64,000 nucleotides of DNA from contig CAWCNS010000011.1 in the NCBI GenBank assembly GCA_963796965.1, positions 320,001 to 384,000 of the forward strand, written 5' to 3'. Position numbers and translations under genes: made by a program. The notes under the pieces were generated by a model. That model did no database searches. It was not told where the DNA came from and saw nothing but the letters and a program-made list of their open reading frames with translations. Origin of the DNA: Calditrichia bacterium (GTDB taxonomy: Bacteria; Calditrichota; Calditrichia; JAJRVZ01). Below, piece by piece: positions 53,446 through 64,000 of this stretch. Numbering within the stretch: position 1 is the first letter of the stretch; the number at the start of each line of letters is the position of its first letter.

Positions 53446-54930
53446 TATACGACCATCCTTTCATGCAGGAGCCGATCATAGGCACTGATATCTATTTTGT
53501 TTATTTTGACGTCTCGTGCGATAGTATAATTATCACTGCTTCTGATCTGGGAAAGAACTGATTCATATGTGATAGGCAAGTTTTTATCAAGCAGAGAAGC
53601 TCAATGCCTGATCTACAGAGGATTCGCTTTCTTTTGCAGCAAGATGCAATATCTTCAGATATTTTTTATGGCTCCTTTGAGTATTGTGTTTTTTCAAAGA
53701 ATCGTAGGCCATACGAAAGCGATGAGTGGGAAAAAGATCTTTCCGGTAACGATAATTCTCGAATGCGCCGGGTTTACGCACCAGCCAATCAATAATATGG
53801 CGGTATTGGATATGATGCCCGTCTGATCCACGCAGCCGGGGAATTTTATCTACACATTTTTGTGCATACCAAATCTCAAAGTATTCTGCATACAAACGTA
53901 TGTTTACTACCTCACCGATCAACCGGCTGTTCACCGAATAAACATTATGATTTACACGGATCGTAGAAGATGGACCAACCTTGATGCTGATTCGTTTGCA
54001 GGAATCAAAACGACTCAAAGGAAGTCGTCTCAGCAGACTTAATTCTTCTGAAAATCGTCTCGTGCGGCCGGCATTGAGTTGTGAAAACAGTTTGTTCAAG
54101 AAAGTCGCATAGTCTTCACGACTATTAAAATCCCGGCTGCCACAAAGCATCAATGACTGGTCAAGAGCCCTTTTGAAACGGTGATGTCTTTGTTCGATAT
54201 CACCATTCTCATGTGGCTTGCCAGTCTGAATCATTTGACTTTCAATACCATAATGTCTCATCAGGGCACTATAACGTCGGGTGAACTCATCCTTTTTCAT
54301 ATGAGCCGGATTCTGTACCGCTGCTGTTAAGCGATCAGTGCGATGCCGGAGGGGGACACCGCCTAATTCCCATAAAGCATTTTGAAGACCTTCACTTAAA
54401 GACTCAAAACTCTCTGAGAAACAGATCGTCCCGGTCTCCCAGTTCGAATAGGGCAAAACAAAATGATAGATCAGATGATTAAACCTTTGACCCGATATGG
54501 TAATATTAAGTTTATTCATATGGGTGAAATCAGACTGGCAGAGATCACCGGGATAATAGATCTGAGGGAAAAATACTTCTTTTGGCGGTCCTTCAAGTGC
54601 ACGCCAAACTTTTATTCGCCTTTGAAGAGTTCTCAGTTGACCGTCCTTGTATTTTCCCGGATATTTGTGCTGGATATGGTCAAAGATGGTTTTGGCTTCC
54701 AAGCCAGGGTTAATTTCCAGTTGGGTCTGGATATCCGGCCAAATCTCGGCAAAGGAGTCTTCTCTGTTTCGCCAGTTATGTTCAACTTTTACTTCACTGG
54801 GTAATTTACCGGAGCGTTCATACTTACGTGCAGTTCTCTCATCCATGCCTGCTTTTGCTGCGGCAGTGGCTTTGGTTTTTTCCGTACGTAGTGCTTTCAT
54901 CAAAATCCTCACTTGTTTATCTGTTACCAT
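53445..54930 (-). CDS. istA: IS21 transposase (frameshift ~53590)
   Basis: CQSDF, GGVP...RTD, HENGDIE DDE motifs; C-terminus ...AYDRLLHERMVV* ends in a TAATG overlap with istB. Confidence 0.9.
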
Positions 54931-55261
54931 CCGGATCCTCCAAATTATGATCCGGAAAGTTTAATTATTCCTCGCTTAAAAAACGGGAATTTTATTTGTC
55001 GTCAAGTGGGAATAATGAATGTCGTCAATCAATTCTAATTCAAACTCTTCCTTATAAGTGGGTATCTCGTTGGTACCCCAACAGTACATTAGGTATAAAT
55101 AACTTAAATTAATTTCTTCACCTAAATCTTGATAATTGTGATTTTATTGCTATTCTGTTGCTTGGATCTATATAAATGGGGCGAGGTCCCTATTTCCAAG
55201 GAATAATATGATTTTCTAAAATACCTAACTGGTATTTCTATATCAACCTTAGGAGGTTAAC

Positions 55262-55296
55262 AAAAACCCCCTCCAGAAAACTACTCTGAAGGGGGT
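55262..55296 (-). terminator. Intrinsic terminator
   Basis: ACCCCCT(C)CAGA...TCTG(A)AGGGGGT hairpin with a minus-strand T-tract after the 55320 stop. Confidence 0.65.
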
Positions 55297-55319
55297 GTGG
55301 GATTGCAATGTAATTAAGG

Positions 55320-58300
55320 TCACCTGAGCAAGATCATCTTTTTCACATCCTGAAATTCACCTGCCTCAATTCTATAGTAGTAGATTCCGCTCGAAACCGA
55401 TTTTTGGCGTTGAACTCGACTTCGTGATACCCTGCTTTCATATGTTGATTTAATATGATTTCTACTTTTTGCCCAAGGTATTAAATAGTTCAATTATCAC
55501 GTCTTGGGTTTGGGTAAGGCAAATTTTATCTTTGTTGATGGGTTAAATGGATTGGGAAAATTTTGATCCAACTTATATTTATCCGGTACCTTGTCTGAGA
55601 TTGCTTCAGTTAAACCACCAGCAGGATCAATTATTCTGTTCTTTAATATATAGAAATTGATTTGCAGAAACATTAGTTGTATCCCACTTAATACCACTGG
55701 GCCAGTTGATAATCAGCGAATCGACAATGACCCGCATCACCTAAACCAAAATGTACCACCAAACTGTTTTGTCCCCTGTATCGGAGGTTTTGGCAGAGAT
55801 TTCCCTGTATTGGCGTAGAGGGATCCATTATTTTGGGTAACGAATTTTTATTCTGGCACCGATTGCATCCCGATTTGATATCACGCCCGTACATTTTATT
55901 TTCAGCCATTTATTATTATTACCTGAGTTATTGTAGAGAGCATCTGCCTCTTAAACGTTTGCAAGAAATAAATCCAGATCACCATCATTATCGTAATCTG
56001 CCCACCCTAATCCTGTAGAATCATTTATCCATGATTATTGATCTGCCAGTATTCAATCATTGAGAACGTACCATCACCCTTATTTTTATATAAGAGTTGT
56101 ATTAAAATCATTCCTGATCGTTCCGCCAAAGAAATCGCCTACCACGAGATCCAAATACCCATCATTATCGAAATCAGCCCAGGAAGCAACCCTGCCAAAA
56201 TTATCTCCCGTGGGAATTGAATTAACCTCAGAAAAAGATCCATCGCCATTATTTTTAAAAAGAATATTTGTCGGCCAGTCGGTTAGAAACAGATCCTGAT
56301 ATCCGTCATTATTATAATCCCCCCAGGTACAGGTATAGGCCTGATGTTTCATGTTTTCGGCGGATCTCGGGTAAAGGTGCCATCACCATTATTTATGATA
56401 AAAGTAAGAGTCCGGCCTAAGGATTGCCAATAAAAACATCCATGTCACCATCATTATCGTAATCAGACCAACCCTGCGGATAAGAGACATGAGATTCGGT
56501 GACGATATCACCATAATCAATTTTTAAAAATTTCCCATCTCCGACACCTTTATAAAGAAAATTATATCCCTTCATTGGCTGCCAAAAGATCTAACCAGCC
56601 ATCATTATTATAATCAACCCAGCTGCAGGATGTCCGATGTCCATTATCATTGGCAATCAGCCCGGAAGTTATTTTTGTAAATGTTTCATCTCCGTTATTT
56701 TTATATAAATTATTTGCACGGTCATCATCATAACTGATTGTAAAAAGATCCGGATCACCATCATTATCATAATCACCCCAGGTAGCATCATACACAAATT
56801 CATCGGATCTTAACAATGATACTATTTATAATTTGCCGAAAACTTCCATTTCCTAGATTTTTATATAAGTTGATTTTGATTATATCCAGTTACCAATATA
56901 CAAGATCCACAAACCCATCAGAATTATAATCTATCCAGTTAACACAACGCATGAGTCTGATCATTCGCTAATACCTGTATAGCTGGTCTTAATAAATTGA
57001 TCAACAATAATATATTTTCTCTTTAATAAGGTATCGCTCTGAGATCCATTACTTGTAATAAGTGTAATATCATATTCGCCAAACTCAGTAAAGGCATATT
57101 GCGGATTTTTCACCGTACGAACTATCCCCAGTACCAAAATACCATTTCCAGCCGTTAATATTGCCAATGGATAAGATCAGTGAACTGAACAAGGCCGGAG
57201 TGGATTGAAAATAAGTGCGGTTTGCAGTAAAAGATATTTTGGGTGTTTCAGGTTCTGTAATTGTGAGTAATCTGATTCACTTCAAGGGCGCCACTTCCGA
57301 AACATATCCTGATGGCCAGGTGACTTTAATTGAATCAATAGTATTGGCATCTGCCAATCCAAAGTGTGCTACGAGGCTATTATGCGTCCCATAGCCATGG
57401 TGGGCCATGATTTCCCGGTATTGCCAAACATCGAATCCATTAATCATCGACTTGACCTGAACCTTTGCACCAATTGCCGCAGCATTGGAATTATACCTTT
57501 AAGTTTTATCTGCTATCCAGTTATTACCACTATGGTCATTTCTATATAAAAAATTATTACCACGTATTGGCAACGAACAGATCCAGGTCACCATCATTAT
57601 CATAATCAGCCCAGGAACCACTTGTTGAAAGTCCAATATCCGTTGCTAATAATTTCGTAAAAGTTCCATCACCATCATTGCCATATAAAATACTATTAAA
57701 GCCATAATTCGCTACAAACAGATCCAGATCGCCATCATTGTCAAAATCAATCCAGGTACTACCCCGAGAATTACCATAATCATTAGGGATAATACCAGTA
57801 ATTATAGAATTGAAAGAACCATCTCCATTATTTAAATAGAAAAAATTATTGCTTTGTCTTTCATTGGTTACAAACAAATCCAGGTCATCATCATTGTCAT
57901 AATCAACCCAGTTTGCGCCCTTAGATCGTGCGAAGTCAGTAGTGATGGGAGCTAACTGGATATTCGAAAAAGTGCTGTCATTATTATTGATGAACAAATC
58001 GTTTCCATTATCACCATCAGAGTTTAAACTTTTGGTCACAAAAAGATCATAATCACCATCATTATCATAATCGCCAAATAAAAATCCTTTCACGAATCCT
58101 GACAGTTGTATGTGTTTATCAACCAGTCTATTTAAAATCCCATCATTGCTTAAATATGGATAACATCTCATTGAAGAAGTGTGGTACAAGGCTAAGATAT
58201 CAATGCTTCCATCATGATTTAGATCAATCCAGGTACTTGAATTTGAACCTTCGTTATCAGTAGCAGCATCACCCGAATAAATCCTGTTAAAATTTCCAGC

Positions 58301-59783
58301 TCCATCATTCTTATACAGGTAGTTTCTGTCGTTATTACTTACATATAAATCTAAATATCCATCATTATCATAATCTCCCCAGGTACAATCATTTGAGTTA
58401 CCTATATCAGTACCAATTTGACCATTTATAATCTTCGTGTAAATTACCATTTCCATTGTTCCTGTAGAGAAAATTCGGTTCACCATAATTGGTAACAAAT
58501 AAATCCTGATAGCCATCATTATCATAATCTCCCCAGGCAGAGGCAGTGGAATTCCCCCCATCATTAACAATATCCCCAATAGTAATCTTTGTGAAAGGTG
58601 CATCATCATAAACAGGGATTTCAGATTTTAACCGGCATAAGGGATCACCAACAACTACATTTCGCCAACTGATATAAGCCATGGACATATACGCCGCTTC
58701 AATTAATGTGAAACCACTGGCATATCTGGCAAATAAAATGTTTTCATGGGGGATGGCAGAGGAATAGGGTTCATACACATGTCCAATGCCACCTGTTCCG
58801 CCAATGGCAATAAAATCTGCTATCAGGTTATGATTGCTAATTCGGCCTTCCGGAAAGAAACTGTATCCGTTAAAACTTTCATACGTGTTAAACAAAGCAC
58901 CATTTGCAAAATTAAAATTTAAGTCATTTAATATGAAAGGATAACCGGCATCGGCATGGACACCATGCCCACAGTAGCCCATTACATCTCCCTGATCGTT
59001 CTGGGTTATATGGGTGCTGGTATTGTCATAAACAGAATTTTGTACAAGTTCATCCAATACACGTTTAGCCTCAAACATTTTGTCATAGGTGAGGCCGGGG
59101 TGATCATCCAGGATGTACCAGCCAGTACCCGAAGTGTCCGGATTTACCCCTCTGTCGATCATTGCCAGTACATCAGTTAAGGTAAAAGCATCAAGACGAC
59201 TAACCAGATAAGACATTTTTGAACTGGAATAGGGTGGATAGGTAAAACTGTTGAAGTAATGAATTTCGCCAAAATATGCGTTGTCGGCTCTGCTATTGAA
59301 TGAATATTCATCATTGAATAGCAGACATAACTCTGAATCGACTGAGCTCATGTCCTCACCTGAAATCTTTAAGGGTATACCTTTTGCCAGTACAATAAAT
59401 CTGATCTGTTCTTTAATACCACGCTGGATCAGGCTATCACGCAGTACATCTCTGATATAGGTGTTATAATAATCTCTTGTAATCACTTCTACCGTATCGC
59501 AGGCAATCGCACATATGTTGCTTTGCGGGATCTGGCGGGCTGCCTGGTAATAGGAAGCGATAGAATCGCCATAGGAAGAGTTTGTATTATAAACCACAAA
59601 AACGTGTTCTGTTCCTGGTTTTGTAGGCGATACAAAACTCGTAGGCGAGATATCAGTTGCAGAAAATAAAGGGGTATTTTTTAAGTTATCCGGAGTATCG
59701 GGAATTTGTGCATATAGCGCGGGAGTGATACTTACTGTGATGAGAAAGAAAAATGAAAGCAGGAGGTACCGTTTATTCAACAT
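55320..59783 (-). CDS. Large secreted protein: TIGR03790-like domain + two FG-GAP/ASPIC-UnbV (CRTAC1-like) modules + PKD + T9SS-like CTD; many frameshifts
   Basis: [56 protein letters not shown] repeats; AIGAKV...[35 protein letters not shown] ending at 55320. Confidence 0.75.
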
Positions 59784-59965
59784 TTTTAGTCACCTTAGTC
59801 ACTTTAGATTGAATTTACTACTTTAACAAATTATCTTCTTTATATTTATCGGGTTGTATACTGTCATTGCTTTATCATATAATTTTCAACTCCCCACCTT
59901 ATGGAAATATAGGCTTTTAGAATTTTGTATTTTCAATTCTTTCCAGACCTCCATTAAGAAATTAG

Positions 59966-61237
59966 TTATTTCATCAAAATAAATTTCTTCACATCCATAA
60001 ATTCCCCGGCATCCAATCGATAATAATAGACACCACTGGAAAGATTCTTAGCGTTGAATTCTACTTCATGTTCACCCGCGTTCATGTTCCGGTTAATAAG
60101 AGTGACCACTTTCTGACCAATGCTATTGAAGACTTCTAGTCTAACTTGTCCCTGATCTGGCAAACTAAACTTAATCATTGTGTTAGGATTAAACGGATTT
60201 GGATAGGCTTCATGTAATTTGAATTGCTTCTTACTAATTCCATCCCCGGCTATATTGGTGGGCTGTTCGACAATAAACACACCTGAAGTATCTATGTCCT
60301 TCGCTATAATTCTTCCCTGTCCTACATTGGTAAATTTCCAATTCTCCATTGTTAGAGTACCAGTAAATTCAAAATCAATAGAGTTTAATTCTGGATTGTA
60401 CATGAAATTATCACCAACCTCATATGCCGCGGCATACAAGCTCAGACTATCACCAACCTCTACGGTTACAGTGTCTTCGTATTCAGGAAAACAGTCATTG
60501 CTTAATGGTAAGCCACCCGGATTACAATGAATTTCTATATAACAAATGCCACGGCTAAGAAAAGTTATTGAACCAGTGGTATCACTCAAGCTTCCTGCCG
60601 TTGCTACGATAGTGCCAGAAGCGGGCCCCATACAAGGATCATGTATCTTGTTAAATACAAGAACAGAATCGATAACGCTTATAGGAGCTAATGTACCGGT
60701 AGTGCTCCACTCAACTATTTGATTTCGAATGAAGTTATCTAAAGAATCGTAACTAGCGGCATAAAGGGTGATTGTCTGACCTGCATGCATAGTTAAATGA
60801 CCAACCTCACAGCACCCCCCTTCAGGAGCGCTACGGATTTGGATGTAATCTGGAGTTATTGTATTAGGGTCTTTGACAATAATAACACCTGATGTATCCG
60901 CAAAATTATTATAAGCTGCAACAATAATAAAATTTGCTGGATTATCTATAGCAAAAATAAAGTCGATACATCCATCGGTCTGAGATTGCTTTTTGGGAAG
61001 ATTATCAAAGAAATAATATATATTCCAACTTGCCTGAACATACTCGATAAAATTACCTGCTGAATCGAAGCTCGCTGGACATAGAGCAAGTGTATCCCCA
61101 AAGAATATTATTGTATCTTGATGAGCATCATTTCCATCTTCATAAAGAATTTTTAAAGACGCCATATCCTGAGCCATTGAATTAAGAATGAAAAGAAAGA
61201 TAAAAGAAATGAGGAAAAAAGGTACTTTGGTTTTCAT
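59966..61237 (-). CDS. Secreted protein with T9SS-like CTD
   Basis: Signal peptide, three internal Ig-like repeats (LYAA.YD...NF), AYPNPFNP...KKFILMK. Confidence 0.85.
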   Translation of the reverse strand: MKTKVPFFLISFIFLFILNSMAQDMASLKILYEDGNDAHQDTIIFFGDTLALCPASFDSAGNFIEYVQASWNIYYFFDNLPKKQSQTDGCIDFIFAIDNPANFIIVAAYNNFADTSGVIIVKDPNTITPDYIQIRSAPEGGCCEVGHLTMHAGQTITLYAASYDSLDNFIRNQIVEWSTTGTLAPISVIDSVLVFNKIHDPCMGPASGTIVATAGSLSDTTGSITFLSRGICYIEIHCNPGGLPLSNDCFPEYEDTVTVEVGDSLSLYAAAYEVGDNFMYNPELNSIDFEFTGTLTMENWKFTNVGQGRIIAKDIDTSGVFIVEQPTNIAGDGISKKQFKLHEAYPNPFNPNTMIKFSLPDQGQVRLEVFNSIGQKVVTLINRNMNAGEHEVEFNAKNLSSGVYYYRLDAGEFMDVKKFILMK

Positions 61238-61609
61238 GGTTTATTTTCCTATTTGCATGATTGGCTAAATAGATTTGACTTCGCTCTTTAATTCACAAAC
61301 ATGCGTACAAAAGTAATAAGTCAGGCATTACCTGATTGATGTATATATTTTAAAACGGAATTTTATAGTAGTCTTAATGGAATGAATTTATAACGCTAAC
61401 ATAAAATAATATAGTTTTAAGAAAAAGTTGTGACAATTCTGACAAATAGTAAGTTTAATGATAAATCTGATTTCTATACGATCTTCTGTGAGGAAATTGA
61501 AAGGGGATTCATTGTAAAAGCCAATACGCTGGTCCAAAAAATGTCCGGCAGGTTCTGAAGTATCACAAATTATAGTGAAAACATTACCATTTGGTTACTT
61601 TTAAATAAA

Positions 61610-61643
61610 AAGCCCTTACTAAACAAGTAGTTAGTAAGGGCTT
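61610..61643. terminator. Hairpin terminator adjoining duplicated tRNA-Asn 3' end
   Basis: AAGCCCTTACTAA-N8-TTAGTAAGGGCTT perfect 13-bp stem. Confidence 0.75.
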
Positions 61644-61644
61644 A

Positions 61645-61977
61645 ATGCTCCGGCGGGCAGGCGAAAAAACGAATCGCATTATCCTTCCCTTTAAAATCCG
61701 CTATATGCAATATAAACAGGGAGGTACGTATTATTATTTCCCTGAAGTTACTATTAAAAATGGAAGGTTAAATGCGACCTTTTATCGCAATCGGGGACTT
61801 AAAGATGTTAAGTTCACGAGAGAAGAATTGCAGGCATACTGGCAAGCGAAGAGTACAGTCAGGGCCAGCGAATATCACAAAATGATTACGGATAATAATT
61901 GGAGCAAAGCAGATCTTGCCAGGCACTTGGGAGTCCCCCGCGCCTGGGTAACGATTGTAATGCGGGAGTTGAATTGA
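61645..61977 (+). CDS. HTH-domain ORF starting within the att duplicate
   Basis: WSKADLARHLGVPRAWVTIVMRELN; codons 2-4 lie in GCTCCGGCGG. Confidence 0.7.
   Translation: MLRRAGEKTNRIILPFKIRYMQYKQGGTYYYFPEVTIKNGRLNATFYRNRGLKDVKFTREELQAYWQAKSTVRASEYHKMITDNNWSKADLARHLGVPRAWVTIVMRELN
61647..61656. repeat. att-like direct repeat of tRNA-Asn 3' end
   Basis: GCTCCGGCGG is identical to 63634-63643. Confidence 0.7.
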
Positions 61978-62221
61978 ATAGTTTTTCCGAATAAACTTTT
62001 TCCATGCACTTTCAATGCAATTATATTTTTTACGGCTTTCCTTCAATTCGTTGCAGTTAAATACTGCCAAGAAAAGAAGATAATATTGCTCAGATAAAAC
62101 CTTAATTTTTTACAAGAACATTAATAATACCCCTGCAATAGTATTGCTTACTGAGAATATTTTAATTATCTTACCTTGAAAATGCGGTACAAATCACAGA
62201 ATATTCAAGGTGATAATCATG

Positions 62222-63382
62222 ATGGTTAAAAGAGAAAAAGAAATTAAAATACTTCGTCAAATGTTGAAGGTTTATCCTGCTGTTGGAATAATTGGTGCCC
62301 GGCAGGTGGGTAAAACCACATTGGCAAGGATGATTGCAAAAGAAAGCAAAACGCCGGTTACTCATTTTGATTTAGAGAATCCGGAAGATCTAGCCCGACT
62401 GACTGATCCGATGTTGGCACTTAGGGAATTAAAGGGATTGGTAATTATTGATGAAATTCAGATATATCCGGATTTATTTCCGGTATTACGTGTATTAATT
62501 GACAAGCCGGAAATAAATATCCGGTTTTTGATATTAGGCAGTGCCTCGCCGGAATTGTTGCGCCAGGGAGCTGAGAGTCTGGCAGGACGTATCATTTTTC
62601 ATGAATTGAAGGGCTTTTCGCTTGAAGAAGTAGGAATCGATAATTTCAAAAATCTATGGCTTCGCGGTGGATTTCCACTTTCTTATCTTGGGCGTACGGA
62701 TATTGATAGCAGCGAATGGCGCAGGGCGTTCATTAAAACCTTTTTAGAGCGCGATCTACCGCAACTGGGCATTAATATTCGCTCAATAACAATGCGTCGA
62801 TTTTGGACAATGCTTGCACATTATCACGGACAAACTTGGAATGCTTCGGAATTCAGTCGGTCTTTTGGCGTCGCGGACACAACCATCATGAATTATCTTG
62901 ATTTATTAACTTCAGCTCTGGTTGTCAGACAGATGCGACCATGGTATGAAAATATATCAAAAAGGCAGGTAAAGGCGCCCAAAATTTATATATCGGATAG
63001 TGGAATGGTTCATAGTCTGCTAAACATTAATAATATGGAAGACCTGGAAAGTCATCCAAAAATCGGGGCAACGTGGGAAGGATTTGTATTAGATCAGATA
63101 ATTCGGGTAATTGGTGCCTACAGTGATGAATGTTTTTTCTGGGCTACCCATGCCGGGGCAGAGCTGGATATGTTAGTGGTGAGAGGTAAAGACCGATTCG
63201 GCTTTGAAATTAAAAGGACAACATCACCTGCAATAACGCCATCGATGCGAATCGCATTATCTGATCTAAATCTAAACAGCATTGTTGTCGTGCACGCCGG
63301 TGAGTCCACTTTTCCATTATCAGCTAAGATCAAAGCGGTTGCTTTTACACACATTCTGCAGCATTTAAATCCCCTTACCTAA
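62222..63382 (+). CDS. AAA_14 ATPase with DUF4143 domain (paralog of 40026)
   Basis: GARQVGKTT, IDEIQ, ESLAGR, RGGFP, KAPKIY.SDSG, GAELD, GFEIK. Confidence 0.9.
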   Translation: MVKREKEIKILRQMLKVYPAVGIIGARQVGKTTLARMIAKESKTPVTHFDLENPEDLARLTDPMLALRELKGLVIIDEIQIYPDLFPVLRVLIDKPEINIRFLILGSASPELLRQGAESLAGRIIFHELKGFSLEEVGIDNFKNLWLRGGFPLSYLGRTDIDSSEWRRAFIKTFLERDLPQLGINIRSITMRRFWTMLAHYHGQTWNASEFSRSFGVADTTIMNYLDLLTSALVVRQMRPWYENISKRQVKAPKIYISDSGMVHSLLNINNMEDLESHPKIGATWEGFVLDQIIRVIGAYSDECFFWATHAGAELDMLVVRGKDRFGFEIKRTTSPAITPSMRIALSDLNLNSIVVVHAGESTFPLSAKIKAVAFTHILQHLNPLT

Positions 63383-63553
63383 ATAGTAAAGCCTGAGTGA
63401 AATGAATCCTACTATATGAGTGATAGGCCCAGTATATGCAAAATAAAATAAATCATAAATGAGCTATATTAAAAGCGAAGAAACTCAAGACCTCCCACTG
63501 GATTAAGGAAATTGATCTAACAATTCATATGAATCATATGGAAGATGGAAAAT

Positions 63554-63597
63554 AAAAAGTGGCCCTATGGAATTTTTAACCATAGAGCCACTTTTTT
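63554..63597. terminator. Hairpin terminator downstream of tRNA
   Basis: AAAAAGTGGC(C)CTATGG...CCATAG(A)GCCACTTTTT. Confidence 0.7.
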
Positions 63598-63634
63598 AAC
63601 TGAACTTAACAGTTCGAGTTTAAAACGTACCAAG

Positions 63635-63707
63635 CTCCGGCGGTAGGACTTGAACCTACAACCTAGTGATTAACAGTCACCCGCTCTGCCAATTGAGCTA
63701 CGCCGGA
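63635..63707 (-). tRNA. tRNA-Asn(GTT)
   Basis: TCCGGCGTAGCTCAATTGGCAGAGCGGGTGACTGTTAATCACTAGGTTGTAGGTTCAAGTCCTACCGCCGGAG: acceptor stem TCCGGCG/CGCCGGA, anticodon GTT, CCA not encoded. Confidence 0.97.
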
Positions 63708-63783
63708 ATATAATATCTAATACATCCCGATATAAGCATCGATATCCTATCGATATTTCGGGATTAAATCATCCATGATTTAA

Positions 63784-63818
63784 AATTACGAATTACGAAT
63801 TACGAATTACGAATTACG
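63784..63818. repeat. Heptamer tandem repeat (AATTACG)x5
   Basis: Directly visible. Confidence 0.9.
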
Positions 63819-64000
63819 TAAACCTGAATTTACGAAGCGCATTGCACTTATGTCAAATGAAAATTGAGGAAATTATATACTAATTTTGGCTTTTCTAAAT
63901 GAGAAGCCTTTCTATCTCCTTTACCACCCTGCTTCGCTGTTTAATCTTTATTTCTTTCTCCTCACCATTATCATAAAATACTTTTATCTCATTAGGGCCT

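Larger units (their letters stand above)
52595..55031 (-). mobile_element. IS21-family insertion sequence
   Basis: istA-istB pair; terminal inverted repeats share ACGACATTCATTATT (left ~52600; right ~55011-55025 inverted), with an internal repeat at the right end. Confidence 0.9.

Noticed and set aside
44802..61237. Integron array explaining the co-oriented secreted genes
   Set aside because: Long AT-rich spacers with terminators, no repeated attC structures and no IntI seen.
229..63354. Short ORFs antisense to or overlapping the called genes (e.g. 4102-4449, 15342-15707, 20658-21017, 54463-54804)
   Set aside because: Shadow frames of well-supported genes with no recognisable motifs.

Overview
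AT-rich bacterial window. Secreted proteins carrying 'QNYPNPFNP...KKMILLR' C-terminal sorting domains and dense palindromic intergenic repeats suggest an FCB-group organism such as Calditrichota/KSB1 (inference only). Three zones. (1) 1-5.7 kb: a membrane CHASE2-sigma54 activator upstream of a sigma54 promoter driving an outer-membrane beta-barrel gene and a TonB-dependent receptor, with a four-helix-bundle repeat element inserted between them. (2) 6-32 kb: a ~26 kb co-oriented minus-strand cluster with eight PQQ-like beta-propellers, a CGCC-motif NHL propeller, a NapGH-like Fe-S pair, a fused NuoE-NuoF (HydC-HydB-like) flavoprotein, a catalytic-domain-less Fe-S/FAD partner, a GT4 glycosyltransferase and a giant ABC permease plus ATPase. 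This is the best candidate for an undescribed envelope redox system. (3) 35-63.7 kb: an accessory region ending at tRNA-Asn, apparently built from tandem islands bounded by tRNA-Asn 3'-like sites that split an HTH gene; cargo includes CTD-bearing secreted proteins, two AAA_14/DUF4143 ATPases, an IS21 element and an integron-cassette-like GNAT. Clustered single-base frameshifts (6-11 kb, 43 kb, 51-58.5 kb) may be assembly errors.
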